Source: Macrostomum lignano
Lineage: Eukaryota
Direction of reading: 5' to 3'
Assembly (NCBI GenBank): GCA_002269645.1
Contig: NIVC01003729.1
Coordinates: 1-64,000, forward strand
DNA length: 64,000 bases
The number at the start of each line of letters is the position of its first letter. Position 1 is the stretch's first letter. The notes beneath the pieces are model-generated. The model was not told where the DNA came from and did not search any database. It saw nothing but the letters and a program-made list of their open reading frames with translations. The position numbers and the translations under genes were made by a program. Positions 39,001 to 49,731 of this stretch are shown piece after piece.

Positions 39001-42000
39001 GCAGGTGTCTGTAGAGTGTTTAACTGCAGGTGTCTGTAGAGTGCTTAACTACTGGTGTCTGTAGAGTGCTTAACTGCAGGTGTCTGTAGAGTGTTTAACT
39101 GCAGGTGTCTGTAGAGTGCTTAACTGCAGGTGTCTGTAGAGTGCTTAACTGCAGGTGTCTGTAGAGTTCAACTGCAGGTGTCTGTAGAGTGCTTAACTGC
39201 AGGTGTCTTTAGAGTGCTTAACTGCAAGTGTCTGTAGAGTGCTTAACTGCAAGTGTCTGTAGAGTGTTTAACTGCAAGTGTCTGTAGAGTGTTTAACTGC
39301 CTGTCAGAGTGCTTATCTACAAAGAGTCCGTAGAGTGCCAGCTTAACTGCAGGTGTCTGTAGAGTGTTTAACTGCAGGTGTCTGTAGAGTGTTTAACTGC
39401 AGGTGTCTGTAGAGTGCTTAACTGCAGGTGTCTGTAGAGTGTTTAACTGCCTGTCAGAGTGCTTATCTACAAAGAGTCCGTAGAGTGCCAGCTTAACTGC
39501 AGGTGTCTGTAGAGTGTTTAACTGCAAGTGTCTGTAGAGTGCTTAACTACAGGTGTCTGTAGAGTGCTTAACTGCAGGTGTCTGTAGAGTGTTTAACTGC
39601 AGGTGTCTGTAGAGTGCTTAACTACAGGTGTCTGTAGAGTGCTTAACTGCAGGTGTCTGTAGAGTGTTTAACTGCAGGTGTCTGTAGAGTGCTTAACTGC
39701 AGGTGTCTGTAGAGTGCTTAACTGCAGGTGTCTGTAGAGTTTAACTGCAGGTGTCTGTAGAGTGCTTAACTGCAGGTGTCTGTAGAGTGCTTAACTGCAA
39801 GTGTCTGTAGAGTGCTTAACTGCAAGTGTCTGTAGAGTGTTTAACTGCAAGTGTCTGTAGAATGTTTAACTGCCTGTCAGAGTGCTTATCTACAAAGAGT
39901 CCGTAGAGTGCCAGCTTAACTGCAGGTGTCTGTAGAGTGTTTAACTGCAGGTGTCTGTAGAGTGTTTAACTGCAGGTGTCTGTAGAGTGCTTAACTGCAG
40001 GTGTCTGTAGAGTGTTTAACTGCCTGTCAGAGTGCTTATCTAAAAAGAGTCCATAGAGTGCCAGCTTAACTGCAGGTGTCTGTAGAGTGTTTAACTGCAG
40101 GTGTCTGTAGAGTGCTTAACTACAGGTGTCTGTAGAGTGTTTAACTGCCTGTCAGAGTGCTTATCTACAAAGAGTCCGTAGAGTGCCAGCTTAACTGCAG
40201 GTGTCTGTAGAGTGTTTAACTGCAGGTGTCTGTAGAGTGCTTAACTACAGGTGTCTGTAGAGTGCTTAACTGCAGGTGTCTGTAGAGTGTTTAACTGCAG
40301 GTGTCTGTAGAGTGCTTAACTACAGGTGTCTGTAGAGTGCTTAACTGCAGGTGTCTGTAGAGTGTTTAACTGCAGGTGTCTGTAGAGTGCTTAACTACAG
40401 GTGTCTGTAGAGTGCTTAACTGCAGGTGTCTGTAGAGTGCTTAACTGCAGGTGTCTGTAGAGTGCTCAACTGCAGGTGTCTGTAGAGTGTTTAACTGCAG
40501 GTGTCTGTAGAGTGCTTAACTGCAGGTGTCTGTAGAGTGCTCAACTGCAGGTGTCTGTAGAGTGCTCAACTGCAGGTGTCTGTAGAGTGCTTAACTGCAG
40601 GTGTCTGTAGAGTGCTCAACTGCAGGTGTCTGTAGAGTGTTTAACTGCAGGTGTCTGTAGAGTGCTTAACTGCAGGTGTCTGTAGAGTGTTTCACTGCAG
40701 GTGTCTGTAGAGTGCTTAACTACAGGTGTCTGTAGAGTGCTTAACTGCAGGTGTCTGTAGAGTGCTTAACTACAGGTGTCTGTAGAGTGCTTAACTGCAG
40801 GTGTCTGTAGAGTGCTTAACTGCAGGTGTCTGTAGAGTGCTCAACTGCAGGTGTCTGTAGAGTGTTTAACTGCAGGTGTCTGTAGAGTGCTTAACTGCAG
40901 GTGTCTGTAGAGTGCTCAACTGCAGGTGTCTGTAGAGTGCTCAACTGCAGGTGTCTGTAGAGTGCTTAACTGCAGGTGTCTGTAGAGTGCTCAACTGCAG
41001 GTGTCTGTAGAGTGTTTAACTGCAGGTGTCTGTAGAGTGCTTAACTGCAGGTGTATGTAGAGTGCTTAACTGCAGGTGTCTGTAGAGTGCTTAACTACAG
41101 GTGTCTGTAGAGTGCTTAACTGCAGGTGTCTGTAGAGTGCTTAACTACAGGTGTCTGTAGAGTGCTTAACTGCAGGTGTATGTAGAGTGTTTAACTGCAG
41201 GTGTCTGTAGAGTGTTTAACTGCAGGTGTCTGTAGAGTGCTTAACTACAGGTGTCTGTAGAGTGCTTAACTGCAGGTGTCTGTAGAGTGTTTAACTGCAG
41301 GTGTCTGTAGAGTGCTTAACTACAGGTGTCTGTAGAGTGCTTAACTGCCTGTCAGAGTGCTTATCTACAAAGAGTCCGTAGAGTGCTTAACTGCAGGTGT
41401 CTGTAGAGTGTTTAACTGCAGGTGTCCGTAGAGTGCTTAACTGCAGGTGTCTGTAGAGTGTTTAACTGCAGGTGTCCGTAGAGTGCTTAACTGCAGGTGT
41501 CTGTAGAGTGTTTAACTGCCTGTCAGAGTGCTTATCTACAAAGAGTCCGTAGAGTGCTTAACTGCAGGTGACTGTAGAGTGTTTAACTGCAGGTGTCTGT
41601 AGAGTGTTTAACTACAGGTGTCTGTAGAGTGCTTAACTGCAGGTGTCTGTAGAGTGCCAGCTTAACTGCAGGTGTCTGTAGAGTGTTTAACTGCAGGTGT
41701 CTGTAGAGTGCTTAACTACAGGTGTCTGTAGAGTGCTTAACTGCAGGTGTCTGTAGAGTGTTTAACTGCAGGTGTCTGTAGAGTGCTTAACTACAGGTGT
41801 CTGTAGAGTGCTTAACTGCAGGTGTCTGTAGAGTGTTTAACTGCAGGTGTCTGTAGAGTGCTTAACTGCAGGTGTCTGTAGAGTGCTTAACTGCAGGTGT
41901 CTGTAGAGTGCTTAACTGCAGGTGTCTGTAGAGTGTTTAACTGCAGGTGTCTGTAGAGTGTTTAACTGCAGGTGTCTGTAGAGTGCTTAACTGCAGGTGT

Positions 42001-44655
42001 CTGTAGAGAGTTTAACTGCCTGTCAGAGTGCTTATCTACAAAGAGTCCGTAGAGTGCCAGCTTAACTGCAGGTGTCTGTAGAGTGTTTAACTGCAAGTGT
42101 CTGTAGAGTGCTTAACTACAGGTGTCTGTAGAGTGCTTAACTGCAGGTGTCTGTAGAGTGCTTAACTGCAGGTGTCTGTAGAGTTTAACTGCAGGTGTCT
42201 GTAGAGTGCTTAACTGCAGGTGTCTGTAGAGTGCTTAACTGCAAGTGTCTGTAGAGTGCTTAACTGCAAGTGTCTGTAGAGTGTTTAACTGCAAGTGTCT
42301 GTAGAGTGTTTAACTGCCTGTCAGAGTGCTTATCTACAAAGAGTCCGTAGAGTGCCAGCTTAACTGCAGGTGTCTGTAGAGTGTTTAACTGCAGGTGTCT
42401 GTAGAGTGTTTAACTGCAGGTGTCTGTAGAGTGCTTAACTGCAGGTGTCTGTAGAGTGTTTAACTGCCTGTCAGAGTGCTTATCTACAAAGAGTCCATAG
42501 AGTGCCAGCTTAACTGCAGGTGTCTGTAGAGTGTTTAACTGCAGGTGTCTGTAGAGTGCTTAACTACAGGTGTCTGTAGAGTGCTTAACTGCAGGTGTCT
42601 GTAGAGTGTTTAACTGCAGGTGTCTGTAAAGTGCTTAACTACAGGTGTCTGTAGAGTGCTTAACTGCAGGTGTCTGTAGAGTGTTTAACTGCCTGTCAGA
42701 GTGCTTATCTACAAAGAGTCCGTAGAGTGCTTGCTTAACTGCAGGTGTCTGTAGAGTGTTTAACTGCAGGTGTCTGTAGAGTGCTTAACTACAGGTGTCT
42801 GTAGAGTGCTTAACTGCAGGTGTCTGTAGAGTGTTTAACTGCAAGTGTCTGTAGAGTGTTTAACTGCAGGTGTCTGTAGAGTGCTTAACTACAGGTGTCT
42901 GTAGAGTGCTTAACTGCAGGTGTCTGTAGAGTGTTTAACTGCCTGTCAGAGTGCTTATCTACAAAGAGTCCGTAGAGTGCCAGCTTAACTGCAGGTGTCT
43001 GTAGAGTGTTTAACTGCAGGTGTCTGTAGAGTGCTTAACTACAGGTGTCTGTAGAGTGCTTAACTGCAGGTGTCTGTAGAGTGTTTAACTGCAGGTGTCT
43101 GTAGAGTGCTTAACTACAGGTGTCTGTAGAGTGCTTAACTGCAGGTGTCTGTAGAGTGTTTAACTGCAGGTGTCTGTAGAGTGCTTAACTACAGGTGTCT
43201 GTAGAGTGCTTAACTGCAGGTGTCTGTAGAGTGTTTAACTGCAGGTGTCTGTAGAGTGTTTAACTGCAGGTGTCTGTAGAGTGCTTAACTACAGGTGTCT
43301 GTAGAGTGCTTAACTGCAGGTGTCTGTAGAGTGTTTAACTGCAGGTGTCTGTAGAGTGTTTAACTACAGGTGTCTGTAGAGTGCTTAACTGCCTGTCAGA
43401 GTGCTTATCTACAAAGAGTCCGTAGAGTGCTTAACTGCAGGTGTCTGTAGAGTGCTTAACTGCAGGTGTCTGTAGAGTTTAACTGCAGGTGTCTGTAGAG
43501 TTAAACTGCAGGTGTCTGTAGAGTTTAACTGCAGGTGTCTGTAGAGTTTAACTGCAGGTGTCTGTAGAGTGCTTAACTACAGGTGTCTGTAGAGTGCTTA
43601 ACTGCAAGTGTCTGTAGAGTGCTTAACTACAGGTGTCTGTAGAGTGCTTAACTGCCTGTCAGAGTGCTTATCTACAAAGAGTCCGTAGAGTGCTTAACTG
43701 CAGGTGTCTGTAGAGTGTTTAACTGCAGGTGTCTGTAGAGTGCTTAACTGCAGGTGTCTGTAGAGTGCTTAACTGCAGGTGTCTGTAGAGTGCTTAACTG
43801 CAGGTGTCTGTAGAGTGCTTAACTGCAGGTGTCTGTAGAGTTTAACTGCAGGTGTCTGTAGAGTGCTTAACTGCAGGTGTCTGTAGAGTGCTTAACTGCA
43901 AGTGTCTGTAGAGTGCTTAACTACAGGTGTCTGTAGAGTGCTTAACTGCAAGTGTCTGTAGAGTGCTTAACTGCAGGTGTCTGTAGAGTGCTTAACTGCA
44001 GGTGTCTGTAGAGTGCTTAACTGCAGGTGTCTGTAGAGTTTAACTGCAGGTGTCTGTAGAGTGCTTAACTGCAGGTGTCTGTAGAGTGTTTCACTGCATG
44101 TGTCTGTAGAGTGCTCAACTGCAGGTGTCTGTATAGTGTTTAACTGCAGGTGTCTGTAGAGTGCTTAACTGCAGGTGTCTGTAGAGTGCTCAACTGCAGG
44201 TGTCTGTAGAGTGCTCAACTGCAGGTGTCTGTAGAGTGCTTAACTGCAGGTGTCTGTAGAGTGCTCAACTGCAGGTGTCTGTAGAGTGTTTAACTGCAGG
44301 TGTCTGTAGAGTGCTTAACTGCAGGTGTCTGTAGAGTGCTTAACTGCAGGTGTCTGTAGAGTGCTTAACTGCAGGTGTCTGTAGAGTGCTTAACTGCAGG
44401 TGTCTGTAGAGTGTTTAACTGCATGTGTCTGTAGAGTGTTTAACTGCAGGTGTCTGTAGAGTGTTTAACTGCATGTGTCTGTAGAGTGCTCAACTGCAGG
44501 TGTCTGTAGAGTGTTTAACTACAGGTGTCTGTAGAGTGCTTAACTGCAGGTGTCTGTAGAGTGCTTAACTGCAGGTGTCTGTAGAGTGCTTAACTGCAGG
44601 TGTCTGTAGAGTGCTTAACTGCAGGTGTCTGTAGAGTGCTTAACTGCAGGTGTCT
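1..44655. repeat. 25-bp tandem satellite array (GTGTCTGTAGAGTGCTTAACTGCAG), truncated by the window edge
   Basis: The 25-bp period is visible throughout (e.g. tgcaggtgtc at 7381 and 7431, two units apart). Recurrent variants are GTGTTTAAC, ACTACAG, TGCAAGTG, CTCAAC, a 23-bp deletion unit and a divergent 'interruptor' segment (CTGTCAGAGTGCTTATCTACAAAGAGTCCGTAGAG). The array ends abruptly at ...gtgtct|tcctt (44655). The ORF track has no ORF here. Confidence 0.99.
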
Positions 44656-44970
44656 TCCTTTATACATGTATAGAGCAATAGTTGGTTGTCATTAGATTCA
44701 ATACTTCAGTTGAGCAATCTCCAGCAAGAACAAAAATATTTTCCACTTTACATGTAAAAACATTTCCTGAAAAGCTGGAAAATGAAATAAAGCCATAGGA
44801 TTGGACCTAGGCATTTGAATTGCGCCAGGGTGCAAATAGAGGTCGAACGACGATATCGAGTAGAAGCCAAGCACCGTCTCTTTGTAGCAGCAAGTTGTAA
44901 ACTGTATTCTGAGTCACCTGTTTGTCACCTTTATCGGTTAATGAAGCTGAGACGACACCCTATGTGAATA

Positions 44971-45984
44971 TCACTCTGGTATCTAGGAAAGAGTCACTCT
45001 GGTATCTAGGAGAGAGTCACTCTGGTATCTAGGAGAGAGTCACTCTGGTATCTAGGAGAGAGTCACTCTGGTATCTAGGAGAGAGTCACTCTGGTATCTA
45101 GGAGAGAGTCACTCTGGTATCTAGGAGAGAGTCACTCTGGTATCTAGAAGAGTCACTCTGGTATCTAGGAGAGAGTCACTTTGGTATCTAGGAGAGTCAC
45201 TCTGGTATCTAGGAGAGAGTCACTCTGGTATCTAAGAGAGAGTCACTCTGGTATCTAGGAGAGAGTCACTCTGGTATCTAAGAGAGTCACTCTGGTATCT
45301 AGGAGAGAGTCACTTTGGTATCTAGGAGAGAGTCACTCTGGTATCTAGGAGAGAGTCACTCTGGTATCTAGAAGAGTCACTCTGGTATCTAGGAGAGAGT
45401 CACTCTGGTATCTAGGAGAGAGTCACTCTGGTATCTAGGAGAGAGTCACTTTGGTATCTAGGAGAGAGTCACTCTGGTATCTAAGAGAGTCACTCTGGTA
45501 TCTAGGAGAGAGTCACTTTGGTATCTAGGAGAGAGTCACTCTGGTATCTAGGAGAGAGTCACTCTGGTATCTAGAAGAGTCACTCTGGTATCTAGGAGAG
45601 AGTCACTCTGGTATCTAGGAGAGAGTCACTCTGGTATCTAGAAGAGTCACTCTGGTATCTAGGAGAGAGTCACTTTGGTATCTAGGAGAGAGTCACTCTG
45701 GTATCTAGGAGAGAGTCACTCTGGTATCTAGAAGAGTCACTCTGGTATCTAGGAGAGAGTCATTCTGTTATCTAGAAGAGAGTTACTCAGGTATCTAGGA
45801 GAGTCATTCTGGTATCTAGGAGAGAGTCACTCAGGTATCTAGGAGAGAGTCACTCTGGTATCTAGAAGAGTCACTCTGGTATCTAGAAGAGAGTTACTCA
45901 GGTATCTAGGAGAGAGTCACTCTAGTATCGAGGAGAGAGTCACTCTGGTATCTGAGAGTCACTCTGGCATCTGAGAGTCACTCT
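44971..45984. repeat. 23-bp minisatellite (GGAGAGAGTCACTCTGGTATCTA), about 45 copies
   Basis: ggtatct recurs at 45001 and 45024. There are 21-bp variants (tatctagaagagtc), and the array degenerates at its right end. Confidence 0.97.
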
Positions 45985-46394
45985 AAGAGCCCTTCGGGTG
46001 CTTCTGTGTCGGACAGTGAGTTACTTAATAGAATAATTAGACAAAAAGACATTTCCTGAAACAAACCAACTATTAGCATTCTCTAATGTGTTATCAAGGT
46101 CAAATTGACTTTCACAGAGAACGTTTTCTGCCCTCTAAACTTAAGAGGTAATTTTTTCATTCGAGTGTTGCATAATTGCATGTACATACTAGCTAGAAAT
46201 CACGTGACTCTTGGCGAGTAACAGCAATAGGTTAGCAAAACTTAGTCAATTAAATCTTTCACATTTTGCAACCCACTTTTCTAGCCTAACTTTAGCGAGT
46301 TCTACAATGGGAGACAATAAAACTCGTGGAAAATTTATCCGCGGAAATCTTCCATTTAGACAGGTGGCTTCAGCTTGTAGGACTGAAAATTGCC

Positions 46395-46433
46395 TATAAA
46401 TTTGGGAGCATGTTAGAGATTAGGAGTTCAGTT
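46395..46433 (+). promoter_or_regulatory. Candidate core promoter of the knottin gene: TATAAA plus initiator TCAGTT
   Basis: TATAAA at 46395-46400 and TCAGTT at 46428-46433, about 70 nt upstream of an ACCATG start at 46501. TATA-to-Inr spacing (35 nt) is slightly longer than canonical. Confidence 0.55.
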
Positions 46434-46500
46434 CGCGCTAAAGGTTTGCTTTGATTTATGTCTAAAACTGCTACAACAGTCTTTTGTAACTTTGGTGACC

Positions 46501-46600
46501 ATGCAAGCGTCCACCTGTACAATAATTATTGTTCAGTATTTTGGGTTTGCTCTGCTTCTGGTAGCAATGCTGCTGTCTACTGTGCCTGACCTGGTTGAAG
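46501..46600 (+). CDS. Exon 1 (signal peptide) of a secreted cystine-knot peptide precursor; join(46501..46600,47632..47717)
   Basis: Manual translation gives MQASTCTIIIVQYFGFALLLVAMLLSTVPDLVE plus one base (G). It has a hydrophobic core and ends at a consensus donor GAAG|GTAAGT (46601, phase 1). Confidence 0.88.
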
Positions 46601-46622
46601 GTAAGTGCGTTGGATTTGAGGT

Positions 46623-47602
46623 TTATCTACTAGACAACTGAAGGTTATCTGAGAGACACCTGAGGGTTATCTGGAAGACACCTGAGGGTTATCTGAGAGA
46701 TACCTGAGGGTTAGCTCAGAGACACCTGGTGACTAATCTGAGACACACCTGAGAGAGTTATCTGAGACACACCTGAGAGAGTTATCTGAGACACACCTGA
46801 GAAAGTTATCTGAGACACACCTGAGAGAGTAATCTGAGACACACCTGAGAGAGTTATCTGAGACACACCTGAGAGTTATCTGAGACACACCTGAGAGAGT
46901 TATCTGAGACACACCTGAGAGAGTTATCTGAGACACACCTGAGAGAGTTATCAGAGACACACCTGAGAGAGTTATCTGAGACACACCTGAGAGAGTTATC
47001 TGAGACACACATGAGAGAGTTATCTGAGACACACTTGAGAGAGTTATCTGAGACACACATGAGAGAGTTATCTGAGACACACTTGAGAGAGTTATCTGAG
47101 ACACACATGAGAGAGTTATCTGAGACACACATGAGAGCTATCTGAGACACACCTGAGTTATCTGAGACACACCTGAGCGAGTTATCTGAGACACACATGA
47201 GAGAGTTATCTGAGACACACCTGAGAGAGTTATCTGAGACACACCTGAGAGAGTTATCTGAGACACACCTGAGAGAGTTATCTGAAACACACCTGAGAGA
47301 GTTATCAGAGACACACCTGAGAGAGTTATCTGAGACACACCTGAGAGAGTTATCAGAGACACACCTGAGAGAGTTATCTGAGACACACCTGAGAGAGTTA
47401 TCTGAGACACACATGAGAGAGTTATCTGAGACACACTTGAGAGAGTTATCTGAGACACACATGAGAGAGTTATCTGAGACACACATGAGAGCTATCTGAG
47501 ACACACCTGAGTTATCTGAGACACACCTGAGAGAGTTATCTGAGACACACGAGAGAGTTATCTGAGACACACCTGCTGAGAGAGACACCTGAGAGTTATC
47601 TG
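46623..47602. repeat. 24-bp minisatellite (GAGAGAGTTATCTGAGACACACCT), about 41 copies, filling the knottin intron
   Basis: Direct reading. The ORF-track peptides RELSETHL / VSQITLSG / CVSDNSLR are 8-aa translations of the same unit. Confidence 0.97.
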
Positions 47603-47631
47603 CTATAACTATAATATTTCACCATCCGCAG

Positions 47632-47717
47632 GGTGCTACAGGAGCGGAGTCTATTGCACCTATCATCGCCAGTGCTGTTCCAGACGCTGCGCTATTCACT
47701 TCAGGCAGTGCGCTTAA
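47632..47717 (+). CDS. Exon 2 (mature peptide) of an inhibitor-cystine-knot / conotoxin-like peptide
   Basis: Acceptor tttcaccatccgcag| ends at 47631. The phase-1 join gives G-CYRSGVYCTYHRQCCSRRCAIHFRQCA-stop (TAA 47715-47717). Six cysteines are spaced C-x6-C-x5-CC-x3-C-x6-C. A possible polyA signal AATAAA lies at 48003. Confidence 0.9.
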
Positions 47718-48267
47718 ACTTCATCGGGAGGATCAATTACAACGTCAAAAAAATCTGAGCTCGATTCGTCTTGGAGCTATTGCAGATGTTCGACTGACAT
47801 GAATTTTTTAGCCCCTGAAACAATTCTTTTGTGTTTTCTTTTATTATTAGGTGTTTAACTAATTGATATATTGCACATTCGTACGTGTACATGCACATGG
47901 GTATGGCATGGCATCGTACGTACGTCGATCATGCACAGTATGTAAATGCGTTTTACTGACAACTTCTTCATCTCGTATTAGTAAAATTTTGCATTGGATT
48001 TTAATAAATCAAACAGGAGTTCTTCACATTAAAGGAAATTAGGAAATTGCAGTGTTCGTTTCAATTTCTTAACGGATTATCTACTATATACTCGTACAAA
48101 CAAGTTGATATACAGAGCACAATTTTAATTTCACTAAGAACCTATAACAGTGAACTACTGCAAGTAGCGTCGCATGAAGATATCTATAAGTATTCGCAAC
48201 AGAAAAAGAGATAAAAAATTAATAATATACGAGTATGAAACTTCAATCGATATCATTGTGCAAATAA

Positions 48268-48430
48268 GGGGTCTGTAGCCCAGTGGTCTGGGACGACGCT
48301 GATGTGCCAGCCGCCCATGCTCGATTCCAATTGCAGTCGCATTAATTTGGGGTTGAATTGGAATCTCGGCTTGGCTCTGCTCGTGCAATTATCGGCCTTG
48401 AGGGCCAACCCCCCAAGGCGCAGTGAAGTG
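48268..48430 (+). mobile_element. Putative tRNA-derived SINE 5' portion (Pol III A and B boxes)
   Basis: TAGCCCAGTGG (48276-48286) fits the A box. GCTCGATTCC (48319-48328) is one mismatch from the B box, at tRNA-like spacing. I see no full cloverleaf, and the 3' boundary is uncertain. Confidence 0.4.
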
Positions 48431-48432
48431 TA

Positions 48433-49731
48433 CAGTGGCGCACAATGAATTAAGACCAACTAACACAAATTGAACTTTTAACTTCATAACCTACACAGAT
48501 TGCGGGAGCATTCTGATCTAATCAGATATAGAAAACTGTGGTATCAATCAATTAAATTAGTAATGTGTTGGGTAATTACACGCGATTGAGTGTGCATAAT
48601 TGGAGTCCCTTGTCTGACTTTCGAATTCGATGAGTCACACAGTAATAAGACCACTTAATTACTTGGGTCTATAAGGTGCTATAAAAGTGTCCCTGCTGAT
48701 TCTGATTGTCCAAAACATAATTCAATACTACTCCAAGCAAAAAGTTATCTCGAACTCTTCTAGAATAGGGAGAGGCAGAGCTCCATCGCCTGAGTCGTGT
48801 AGGAAAATCAAGGCCCTGTTCGACCAAGGAATTTCCCAGCGTGCCAAAGCAGTGGCAGCACAGGCTGTGCCCCAAGACTTGTCAGGGCACCGAAAACTGA
48901 CCACCGACTGGATCGCCGCATTGTTCGATTGCCCGAGTCCAACCGTCGGCTCACCGCTGTGGACATCAGCCGTGAACTTTTGCAGTGTCCAGTGGTGTCC
49001 AGCTGCACTCCATGACTGTCCGCCACCGTTTGATAGCTGCCGGACTACATGGCCGCATTGCTAGGAAGAAGCCATTTATCTCCGACAAAAACCGGAAGCG
49101 GCGCGAAGTAGCATGCAAGCTGGGCACCCCAAGACTGGGCCGAGACCAATTGGAGTGACGAGAGAAAATTTTCTCTCACTGGTTCTGATGGTCGCCGGTA
49201 TGTGCGCCGCCGAGCTGGTGAGGAATTCGATCACAGGTGCACCATTGGTACCATTGGTACCATGAAGCATGGAGGTGGCAATGTCATGGTGTGGGCTGCA
49301 GTATTCTCCAGAGCTGGACCTGGGCCAATAACTCGCATTGAGGGCGTCATGGACAGTCAGAAGTACCTTGACATCCGCAGCTGCCACCTACCAGAGGCAG
49401 CAGATGCGCCGCCAGTGAGTCCAATGCACAGCTGGCAGTTTCGGCAGGACAACGATCCCAAGCACACCTCCAAGGTTGTGAAGGCATGGCTTGCTGATAA
49501 CAACATCCACACCATGGACTGGCCAGCGCAGTCACCAGACCTCAATCCGATTGAGAATCTGTGGTCGAGCGGGACATCCAGAGGCAGCAGCCAGCTAATA
49601 CTATACAAATAACAAAAAATAATATTTCTACAAGCATTACTTCCAATTTAGTACTTGAATTTACCTTAAAGACCAGTATGGCAAAGAAAAAATAATTTTA
49701 CTTGGTGGTCTTAATTCATTGTGCGCCACGG
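48433..49731 (+). mobile_element. Tc1-family DNA transposon, defective copy (1299 bp)
   Basis: 26-bp terminal inverted repeats: CAGTGGCGCACAATGAATTAAGACCA (48433-48458) and its reverse complement with one mismatch (49706-49731). TA flanks both sides (48431-32, 49732-33), and transposase remnants lie inside. Confidence 0.95.
48765..49563 (+). pseudogene. Frameshifted Tc1 DD34E transposase
   Basis: Fragments in different frames: (I)GRGRA..., HRLDRRIVRL, TVRHRLIAAGLHGRIARKKPFIS, then WSDE(R)KF...KHGGGNVMVW...QDNDPKHTS...WPAQSPDLNPIENLW, with 34 residues between the second D and the E. The likely start codon reads ATA, and the C-terminus is lost after ENLW. Confidence 0.92.

Noticed and set aside
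1-44655. CRISPR-like array interpretation of the long repeat
   Set aside because: Monomers are head-to-tail with no unique spacers, there are no cas genes, and the context is eukaryotic.
44657-44970. Possible exon or element ends between the satellite and the 23-bp array (short matches to 46049-46085)
   Set aside because: Matches are only 11-13 bp, there is no TSD, and no convincing reading frame or splice pair was found.
46211-46399. 62-aa ORF upstream of the knottin gene
   Set aside because: Non-ATG start, no motif, and it overlaps the candidate promoter.
46733-47588. ORFs of 100-244 aa with RELSETHL / VSQITLSG / CVSDNSLR repeats
   Set aside because: These are translations of a 24-bp minisatellite that lacks stops in several frames. 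The array lies between a clear donor and acceptor.
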